DNA of 64,000 nucleotides from an uncultured Burkholderiales bacterium (GTDB lineage Bacteria; Vulcanimicrobiota; Xenobia; Xenobiales; QWHO01): NCBI GenBank assembly GCA_964471395.1, contig CAYYHB010000002.1, positions 15,313 to 79,312 of the forward strand, read 5' to 3'. Shown piece by piece: positions 57,348 to 64,000 of this stretch (position 1 is its first letter; each line of letters starts with the position of its first letter). The notes under the pieces were generated by a model. It saw only the letters and a program-made list of their open reading frames with translations, ran no database searches and was not told where the DNA came from. The position numbers and the translations under genes were made by a program.

Positions 57348-58415
57348 GTGGAAATCGAGTTGCAGGGTCTCTTGACCAGTCTGCGCCAGGAGGGCAGCCT
57401 GGATTCTCGCGGTCAGTTCAGTCTCGATTTCTTGAGCGCGCGCCACAAGCTGGCCCGATTTGCCCTGAGTGATCCATCCCAGAGCTTGCTCTGTCTCGTG
57501 CAATCCGGAGTCGTGGGAGGGGCCACCCTGGTCGAGCTGCGCCAGAAACGCAAGCTGTTTCGTTCCTCCTACCAGCTCACCCACGACGGTACCCCGCTGA
57601 GCGAGGTTGAGCCCGATCAGCTGGCCCGGGTGCTGATGGACCCGCTCGAATCGTCCGAGCCCTACCTGCGGCGATTCTCGATGGGATTCAATGCGGTAGC
57701 CGAGACCGGTCGCAGCCTGGAAGTCTTGTCGGGACGATCTCCCGAGGGTTTGCGATTTCGGCTCGAGAGCGGGCAGCTGCTGGCCGACAAGCAGCCCATG
57801 GACAACCTGCAACCGCTGACCCGCATCGATCTTGGACCGGGTGCCCTGGCCCGGCTCGAGGTGAGCCGGTTGGCCTTCGCCGGCATCCCCATTACCCTCA
57901 ACGGTACCCTGGTCAACCGTCCCTATTTCGGACGCTCCCAGGGCGCCGACTTCCGCCCCGGCTACTGGGATCTGGGTGCGTGCCCCGCACCTTTGGGCCG
58001 GGCCGAGTGGTATCTGGTGGCCCCCCAGGCCGCTGCTGGCCTGCTGGCCGTGCCCCGCCGCAGCCGCTGCCGGCTGCGGCGCTATCAAGTGATTGATGGC
58101 CTGCTGGGCGACCTACCGGCCGAACCCGGCGAGCCCCCTCTGCATCTCACTCCCTGGACTGCTCAGGGCGAGCCCTTGCTGGCCTGTCACGCCATCCTCA
58201 CCCTGACCGGCAAATCCCACTCCGAGCTGCACTGGGTGCGCCACGGCGTGGTCATCTCGACCGAGCGCAACGTGCTCGAGCGCAATGGCTTGATCGCCGT
58301 GGTCAGCGCTCAAGACCTCAATCTCGACGTGAGCGGCTTCGAGGTGGTCCATGACGAGCTCTATCGCCGGGTGCTCGCCCTGCTCAAGCAGGGCTGCCTG
58401 TGGATGTACGAGTGA
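57348..58415 (+). CDS. hypothetical protein (355 aa)
   Basis: GTG start; coding GC3 bias; no motif recognised. Confidence 0.5.
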   Translation: MEIELQGLLTSLRQEGSLDSRGQFSLDFLSARHKLARFALSDPSQSLLCLVQSGVVGGATLVELRQKRKLFRSSYQLTHDGTPLSEVEPDQLARVLMDPLESSEPYLRRFSMGFNAVAETGRSLEVLSGRSPEGLRFRLESGQLLADKQPMDNLQPLTRIDLGPGALARLEVSRLAFAGIPITLNGTLVNRPYFGRSQGADFRPGYWDLGACPAPLGRAEWYLVAPQAAAGLLAVPRRSRCRLRRYQVIDGLLGDLPAEPGEPPLHLTPWTAQGEPLLACHAILTLTGKSHSELHWVRHGVVISTERNVLERNGLIAVVSAQDLNLDVSGFEVVHDELYRRVLALLKQGCLWMYE

Positions 58416-59555
58416 TCAGCCGGTGCCCTGGTTCAGGTTGTTGGCCAGGCTCAGCACCGAGGCGTTGAAGAAGGTGTCCTTGTCCTTGATGATCGCCTGG
58501 GGCGGCAAAGAGTCAGTGAGGGTCTTGACCCCCTCCATCTTCCTGACGGCTGTGCCCAGCACCATCAGCTCGATGATCCCGCCCCCCAGCTGATAAACGT
58601 AGGTCTTCAGGCCCACCACGTCGTCTGCTCCACAGGCGGCCGCGTCGCGAGCCACCCGGGCCACGGCGTTCTCGCGCGCATCATAGATCATGGTAGTCAG
58701 CTCGGAGATCTCGCCCCGCACCAGGGACTTGAAGGCGGCCATGATCCCTCCGGCCAGCCCCAACGAATAGACCGAGACCCCCAGCACCAGCTGGATGGGC
58801 ATGTAACCCAGGTGGATGAGGTTCCACATCTCCTCGTTGGTCAGGTCGCTGGTGACCGGGTTCTGGTCATATTCGGGTGGCAGCAGGTCGTGACGCGAGG
58901 CGGTGCCGATCATCATCATCTCCTGAGTGCCGGCGAAGTTGATGATCGACGTGCGGATGCCCACCACGGCGTTCCCTCCGGCCTCGTGGGCCTCGTGGGC
59001 GATGCGGTCGAGAGCCAGGCGGCGGGTCCGGTTGAAGACGTCGGAGTACTGGGTGACCTCGCCCCGCACCAGGCTCTTGAACATGCCGGCCAGCCCCCCG
59101 CCGATGCCCACCGAGTAGGCCACGTTACCGAACACGAAGCGTAATGGGTGAAAGCCGCAGTCAAGCTGGCAGTAGAGCTCTTGTCCATCGGCCGAGGTGG
59201 AGAATTCGAGCTCGGTCTGTTGCCCGCCAGCCTCCTTGCGCACGGTGCTGCCCACCGACAAGAACTCAATCATGCCCGAATGCTGCACCAGCTCGCTGGT
59301 CACGCTGGTGATACCGGCGCCACCTCGCTGGCGGGCTTCCTTCATCATGCGCTCGAGGGCCATGGTGCGGCCATCGCGGATCACGCTGGTGACCTGAGTC
59401 ACTTCCCCCCCGGCCAGGGTGCGCATCGCCGAGCCCACGCTGCCCACCAGCCCCATGCTGAAGACGCTGTTGCCGATCACGAGATCGCCGGGCTGGTAGC
59501 CTTTCAAGTGCATACAGTAGATCTCGTTGCCCGAGAGCCCGGTGACGATGGCCAT
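58416..59555 (-). CDS. triple YbjQ/DUF74 (UPF0145, heavy-metal-binding-like) domain protein
   Basis: Three tandem ~120-aa units each with …GxxxG…VGxxVxxxxxxxxxG…A/GxNAVVGIR… YbjQ-like pattern. Confidence 0.65.
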   Translation of the reverse strand: MAIVTGLSGNEIYCMHLKGYQPGDLVIGNSVFSMGLVGSVGSAMRTLAGGEVTQVTSVIRDGRTMALERMMKEARQRGGAGITSVTSELVQHSGMIEFLSVGSTVRKEAGGQQTELEFSTSADGQELYCQLDCGFHPLRFVFGNVAYSVGIGGGLAGMFKSLVRGEVTQYSDVFNRTRRLALDRIAHEAHEAGGNAVVGIRTSIINFAGTQEMMMIGTASRHDLLPPEYDQNPVTSDLTNEEMWNLIHLGYMPIQLVLGVSVYSLGLAGGIMAAFKSLVRGEISELTTMIYDARENAVARVARDAAACGADDVVGLKTYVYQLGGGIIELMVLGTAVRKMEGVKTLTDSLPPQAIIKDKDTFFNASVLSLANNLNQGTG

Positions 59556-59564
59556 GGCCGCCCC

Positions 59565-60140
59565 TCATTTCCTGGTCGAATAGACCAGCGCGATTACGAC
59601 GATGCCCGCCAACATGCCTCCCACCACGTCGGTGGGGTAGTGAGCCCCGAGGTAGACGCGGCTGATGGCTACCGCGGGGATGAGGATCAAGACCAACGCC
59701 GCCAGGCGCGGATGACCGTGACGGACCAGCACTGTTGCCAAAAACCCGTATACAGCGGCGGAGGCCATGGTGTGGCCGGAGGGGAAGCTGTAGAATGGCT
59801 CTTGTACCAGCGGCTCGAAGGCGGCGTCCGGTCGTCCCCGCCGGAACAGGGCCTTGAGCAAGGCATTGCCCACCAGATTGAGCAGGTAGACTGCGACCAG
59901 GGCCCGTTTTTCCCAATGGTCGGTCAGGCGCAGCGTAACGAGCACAACGAGCACAGCCAGCAGACGGTTATCACCCAGCCAGGTCAACAGGCTCATGGCC
60001 GTGGTGAGGCCGACCGAGCGGTAGGCCCGCAGGGGATCGGCCCAGAAATGCTCGAAGGCCAGCTCGTGGGTGCCCAACACCAGCGCAGCCAGCACAGCCA
60101 GCGCACCGGTCGAGCCGGCCAGAACCGCACGCCACCTCAT
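59565..60140 (-). CDS. PAP2-family (type 2 phosphatidic acid phosphatase-like) membrane phosphatase
   Basis: KxxxxxxRP..., SFPSGHT, ...GAHYPTDV acid phosphatase motifs; start at MRWRAVLAGSTG (ATG 60140). Confidence 0.7.
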   Translation of the reverse strand: MRWRAVLAGSTGALAVLAALVLGTHELAFEHFWADPLRAYRSVGLTTAMSLLTWLGDNRLLAVLVVLVTLRLTDHWEKRALVAVYLLNLVGNALLKALFRRGRPDAAFEPLVQEPFYSFPSGHTMASAAVYGFLATVLVRHGHPRLAALVLILIPAVAISRVYLGAHYPTDVVGGMLAGIVVIALVYSTRK

Positions 60141-60160
60141 CGTGGCTCCTTTTCGTCGCG

Positions 60161-61492
60161 ATGCTGACAGACCTGCCCGCCCGCGAGCTGGCCCGGCTGA
60201 TCCGGGTGAAAGAGGTTTCACCGGTGGAGGTCGCCGGCGCCTTCCTGGGCCGCATCGAGGCCGTCAAATCGCTCAATGCCGTCTTGTTTTGCGATCCGGA
60301 GTGGACCCTGGAGCAAGCTCGCAAGCTCGATCCTGACGGATTCGGGGGAGCGCTCTGGGGAGTGCCTTTCACGGTCAAGGACTCGCTGGACGTGGAGGGG
60401 GCGGTCACCACCTACGGCACGGCTGGACGACGCGGCTGTCGTAGTAATCGTGATGCCTCGGTCGTGGCCCGCATGCGCCGTGGTGGCATGGTGGTGCTGG
60501 CCAAGACCAGTGTGCCCGAGCTCTGCATGGGGCTCGAGACCGACAATGCGCTGATAGGTCGGACCCTCAATCCGCACGACTCCGAGCGCACTTGCGGCGG
60601 CTCGAGCGGGGGAGAGGCGGCCTTGCTGGCCGCCGGGGCCACCCCGCTGGGGCTGGGGAGCGACACGGGCGGAAGCATCCGGCTGCCCTGCCATTACTGC
60701 GGGGTCTGGGGGATGAAGCCCACCACCGGGCGGGTGGCCCGCACCGGGCACACTCCTGGCCCCGGCGGCACCACCGACGGGCTGTGGCAGGTCGGTCCGA
60801 TGGCGCGTAACGTGGGGGACCTGCAACTGCTGCTCGGGTTGATACAGGGGCCGGACGGGCACGACCCCGATGTGGTGACGCCGGGACTCGAGCAACTGCG
60901 ACTTGACGGACTGCAGGTAGCCTGGTTCGCCGACAACGGCATCGTCTCAGCCGACGCGGCCACCCGGGCCGCCCTGGAGTCAACCGTGGAGAGGCTTGGC
61001 CTGCCGGCCACCGAGATTCGTCCACCCGGGGTTGAGGAGACGGCCGAGCTGTTGCAGGGCCTGTTTCTGGCCGATGAGGGGATCGGCCTCAAACGCCTGC
61101 TGGAGAAGCTGGGCACCCGCGAGCCTCACCGCCTGCTGGCCGAGTTCTTCGAGCTGATCGCCCCCCACCGATTGACCGCTCCTGAGTACTGTCACCTGCG
61201 CTATCGCTGGGCCCGTCTGCGCGCGCGGATGCTGGAGTTCTCCCAGCAATTCCCGCTCGTCCTTTGTCCCGTGGCCCCCGGGCCCGCCCGCCTGCACGGC
61301 ACCTCGCCCTGGTCTGAGGCCATGCTCGGTTGGATCAGCTTTGCCGCCTTCTTCAACCTGACCGGCTGGCCGGCCATGAGCGTGCCCGCAGGGCGTTCTC
61401 CCGAGGGCCTGCCGCTCGGGATTCAGGTGGCCGCCGGTCCCTGGAACGAGGAGCTGCTCTTCGAGGTCGGTCGACGGTTAACGAATTGCTAA
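60161..61492 (+). CDS. amidase-signature family amidase (GatA-like)
   Basis: GGSSGGEAALLAAGATPLGLGSDTGGSIRLP amidase signature; Ser-cisSer-Lys context. Confidence 0.8.
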   Translation: MLTDLPARELARLIRVKEVSPVEVAGAFLGRIEAVKSLNAVLFCDPEWTLEQARKLDPDGFGGALWGVPFTVKDSLDVEGAVTTYGTAGRRGCRSNRDASVVARMRRGGMVVLAKTSVPELCMGLETDNALIGRTLNPHDSERTCGGSSGGEAALLAAGATPLGLGSDTGGSIRLPCHYCGVWGMKPTTGRVARTGHTPGPGGTTDGLWQVGPMARNVGDLQLLLGLIQGPDGHDPDVVTPGLEQLRLDGLQVAWFADNGIVSADAATRAALESTVERLGLPATEIRPPGVEETAELLQGLFLADEGIGLKRLLEKLGTREPHRLLAEFFELIAPHRLTAPEYCHLRYRWARLRARMLEFSQQFPLVLCPVAPGPARLHGTSPWSEAMLGWISFAAFFNLTGWPAMSVPAGRSPEGLPLGIQVAAGPWNEELLFEVGRRLTNC

Positions 61493-61540
61493 CATGGTTT
61501 GCCTAGTCGAAATGTTCCGGTGTGGGATAAGGTGCTCAGA

Positions 61541-61879
61541 ATGAGTCACCGAACCGTGGATGGCCTGGCTGCAGTCAACTCCGCTCGTAACACCGAGAGC
61601 GTGGGCGGCAACGGCGCGCTGTTGGGCCAGGCCAGCGCGCGGGTGGAAGGCAGTGAGAGCATCTGGCATCCTGACCGCCCCGCCACCGACGCGGTCGAGC
61701 TCAGCCCCGACGCCCAGAACGGAGCCCTGGTCCAGGCCCCCGTCTGGCAGCCGGCCCTGTTCAACAGCAACGTGATCGCTCCCCCGCCGGGAATGCAGGC
61801 GGGAGCGGTCTACGGTCGCTCGGTCCAGGGCGTCGCTCCCGGCATGCAGGCCGGGGCGGTCTACAGCGCAAACCCCTGA
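61541..61879 (+). CDS. hypothetical protein (~112 aa; start uncertain, TTG 61499 possible)
   Basis: ORF ends 3 nt before LigD start codon; low complexity C-terminus. Confidence 0.3.
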   Translation: MSHRTVDGLAAVNSARNTESVGGNGALLGQASARVEGSESIWHPDRPATDAVELSPDAQNGALVQAPVWQPALFNSNVIAPPPGMQAGAVYGRSVQGVAPGMQAGAVYSANP

Positions 61880-61882
61880 GGG

Positions 61883-64000
61883 TTGCAAGAGTACCAGCGC
61901 AAACGCGACTTTGAAGTCACCCCTGAGCCACCTCCCGGCCAGGCCATGCAGCGGATCGGCCCCCTGGCCTTCGTGGTTCAGTTGCACAGCGCCCGCCGGC
62001 TCCACTACGACCTGCGCCTGGAGGTCGATGGCGTGCTGGTCTCGTGGGCCATCCCGAAGGGCCCGAGTTTGAACCCGGGCGATAAACGCCTGGCTGTGGC
62101 CGTCGAGGATCACCCCTTCGAGTATGGCACCTTCGAAGGCCTGATCCCGGCCGGCGAGTATGGTGGGGGAGAGGTGATCGTGTGGGATGTAGGCACTTAC
62201 TCGCCCGCCCACGAGCACGTCCACAGCTGGCTTGACGCCAGGGAGGCCAGCGCGCGCATGCGATGCGATCTCGAGCGTGGACGGGTAGTGGTCTTTCTGC
62301 GCGGCCAGAAGCTGAAAGGGCGGTTCAGCCTGATTCGAACCGAGCTGGGCTGGCTGCTCTCCAAATCACGTGACGGGCTTGAGGGCCGGGCGGTGGACGA
62401 GTTATCGGTGCTGACTGGACGGCGGGTGGAGGAGGTGACCGGCCCTTCCTCCCGGCCCGCCTCGTGGCCTGTCCCCCAGCTTGCCGACGGCTCGCGCCCG
62501 CGGCCGCTTCCTTCTCTGATGCAGCCGATGCTGGCCCAGAGCTCCCTGCAACCCTTTCACGATCCGGCCTTCCTCTACGAGCCCAAGCTGGACGGAGTGC
62601 GCCTGCTGGTGCGCCTGCAGCAGGGCCAGGTCGGGCTGTGGAGCCGGCAGGGGCGCGATCACAGTCGGCAGTACCCGGGACTGAGCCAGGCTTTGAGCAC
62701 CCTGCCTGTGGCCGAGGCCTGGCTCGACGGCGAGGTGGTGACCCTGGATGAGCAGGGTCGTCCGAGCTTCGAGCGGCTGCAGGGGCGCATCAACCTCGAG
62801 CGCGAGGCGGACATCGCCCGTGCCGAGCGAGAGACTCCGGTCCTCTATTACCCCTTTGACCTGCTCCACCTGGACGGCTTCGAGTTGATCGGCTGCCCGC
62901 TCGAGCAGCGCCAGCGCCTGCTGGAAACCGTTCTGGTTCCTCCCTTCCAGGCGGTGGCGCGCTTTGAGGATGGACTGGCTGCCTTTGGGGCCCTCACGGC
63001 CCTGGGCATGGAAGGGGTGATGGCCAAGCGACGGGGCTCGCGCTACGAGCCAGGGCGCCGCAGCGCCAGCTGGCTCAAGGTCAAGAGCGCTCGCGAGGAG
63101 GTCTTTGTGGTGGCTGGCTTCCGGCCGGGGGAGGGGAGCCGGGCCGATACCTTCGGCTCGCTGGTGCTCGGCTGGCGCGATGAGCAAGGCTGTCTGCGCT
63201 ATGTGGGCGACGTCGGCAGCGGCTTCGACGAGGCCGGCCTCGAGCTCTGGCGCCAAAAGCTGGAGGCTCTCAAGATCAAGGAGAGCGCACTGAGCGACCC
63301 CCCGCGTGACGGACCCATCACCTGGGTCGACCCTTCCTTGCGGGTGGAGGTTCGCTATCAGGAGCGGACCGCCCAGGGAAAGCTGCGAGGCCCTGTGTTC
63401 CTGGGTGTGGCCGAGGACGAGGCGCTGGAGCAGCTGCGACGGCTCGGCTCGCAGGGGACGCTGCAGGTGGAAGGCCACCGCCTGGCTTTGACCAATCTCG
63501 ACAAGCGTCTCTGGCCTGACTACACCAAGCGTGACCTGATCGCTTTCGTACTGCGGGTGGGAGCCTATGCCTTGCCGCACCTGGTGGATCGTCCCATCAC
63601 CCTGACTCGCTATCCCGACGGCATCGAGGGCAAGTCTTTCTATCAGAAGCACTGGACGCAGAGCGAGCTGCCCGAATTCGTGGAGACAGCTCCCAATCGC
63701 GAGGATCCTGGCGAGCCATGGCTTCTGTGTCACAACCTGGCCACCATGGTCTGGTTGGCCCAACTGGCCAACCTCGAGCTGCACGCCTGGCTTTCGCGGT
63801 CCACCCCGCTGGACGGTCAGGACGATCCTCTGCAGTTTCCCGACCGGCTGTTGTTTGATCTCGATCCCTACATCTACTCCGGCCTGGAGAGCGAGGGAGC
63901 CGAGCCCGAGCTGAACCAGGCGGGCTTTCGCACCGCCTGCTCGTTGGCCCGCGACCTGCGTGAGATGTTGCTGGGGGTGGGCCTGACCCCCTTCGTCAAG
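61883..64000 (+). CDS. ligD: ATP-dependent DNA ligase LigD (NHEJ), domain order phosphoesterase-ligase-polymerase; 3' end outside window
   Basis: TTG start gives MQEYQRKRDFEVTPEP; PE domain FVVQLHSARRLHYDLRLE...WAIPKGPS...VEDHP...YGGGEVIVWD; ligase EPKLDGVR (KxDG); polymerase domain LLFDLDP... at window end; open frame not in track because no stop in window. Confidence 0.75.
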   Translation, partial: MQEYQRKRDFEVTPEPPPGQAMQRIGPLAFVVQLHSARRLHYDLRLEVDGVLVSWAIPKGPSLNPGDKRLAVAVEDHPFEYGTFEGLIPAGEYGGGEVIVWDVGTYSPAHEHVHSWLDAREASARMRCDLERGRVVVFLRGQKLKGRFSLIRTELGWLLSKSRDGLEGRAVDELSVLTGRRVEEVTGPSSRPASWPVPQLADGSRPRPLPSLMQPMLAQSSLQPFHDPAFLYEPKLDGVRLLVRLQQGQVGLWSRQGRDHSRQYPGLSQALSTLPVAEAWLDGEVVTLDEQGRPSFERLQGRINLEREADIARAERETPVLYYPFDLLHLDGFELIGCPLEQRQRLLETVLVPPFQAVARFEDGLAAFGALTALGMEGVMAKRRGSRYEPGRRSASWLKVKSAREEVFVVAGFRPGEGSRADTFGSLVLGWRDEQGCLRYVGDVGSGFDEAGLELWRQKLEALKIKESALSDPPRDGPITWVDPSLRVEVRYQERTAQGKLRGPVFLGVAEDEALEQLRRLGSQGTLQVEGHRLALTNLDKRLWPDYTKRDLIAFVLRVGAYALPHLVDRPITLTRYPDGIEGKSFYQKHWTQSELPEFVETAPNREDPGEPWLLCHNLATMVWLAQLANLELHAWLSRSTPLDGQDDPLQFPDRLLFDLDPYIYSGLESEGAEPELNQAGFRTACSLARDLREMLLGVGLTPFVK

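Noticed and set aside
62402-63784. 460-aa minus-strand ORF (and 61478-62224 minus ORF)
   Set aside because: Antisense to LigD, whose + frame shows contiguous PE, ligase and polymerase motifs
1-64000. CRISPR arrays, rRNA, integrase/transposase genes, prophage blocks
   Set aside because: No regularly spaced direct repeats, no rRNA-like conserved stretches, and no recombinase motifs seen in any frame; the only mobile-element signals are the short repeat family and the group II intron remnant

Overview
This is a high-GC (about 65-70%) bacterial chromosomal window with about 65 protein genes on both strands, one tRNA-Asn(GTT) and no rRNA or CRISPR array. All gene calls come from reading motifs in the six-frame track by eye; nothing was searched against a database.

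Recognisable housekeeping and metabolic genes:
- a CysJ/CPR-family reductase C-terminal fragment, a secreted thioredoxin, a Rieske protein and a HAD hydrolase near the start of the window;
- an operon of thiolase, PilZ protein, 3-hydroxybutyryl-CoA dehydrogenase, GHMP kinase and ComEA;
- acylphosphatase, hpt, pta, adenine deaminase, rpe, deoB and an amidase;
- a PknB-like Ser/Thr kinase with five PASTA repeats followed by a second PASTA protein and rpe;
- a 5' portion of LigD running off the window end.

The more unusual content, most interesting first:
- A new intergenic repeat of about 95-105 bp in four good copies at 2.5, 10.7, 17.1 and 44.2 kb, plus a degenerate fifth at 57.26 kb. It folds as two hairpins, and one copy keeps the fold through compensatory changes.
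- A type IV pilus / type II secretion-like operon on the minus strand at 16.4-21.6 kb: M23 peptidase, membrane Ser/Thr kinase, a GAF-GspF/PilC fusion and two pseudopilins, facing a TadG-like gene. No secretion ATPase is present in the window.
- A translationally adjacent pair at 27-30.3 kb: a single-ring Clp_N-AAA+ (ClpB-D2-like) ATPase followed by a TPR protein whose Lon-like C-terminal domain has lost its catalytic Ser and Lys.
- A glycine-zipper membrane protein at 56.1-57.2 kb with a Cys/Pro/Gln low-complexity tract and a WGDPH-motif C-terminal domain.
- A coupled operon at 53.1-56.0 kb: a 543-aa zinc-ribbon protein, a 65-aa protein and a secreted TPR protein.
- Candidate small cassettes at 9.2-10.5 kb (small protein, Hjc-like PD-(D/E)XK nuclease, membrane protein) and 11.2-13.1 kb (Gly/Ala-rich 397-aa protein with a coupled partner).
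- A 3'-terminal remnant of a group II intron at 51.33-51.70 kb (maturase C-terminus plus domains V and VI), next to a stand-alone 999-aa AddB-like PD-(D/E)XK nuclease.

Many long antisense ORFs in the track are GC-frame artefacts and were not called.
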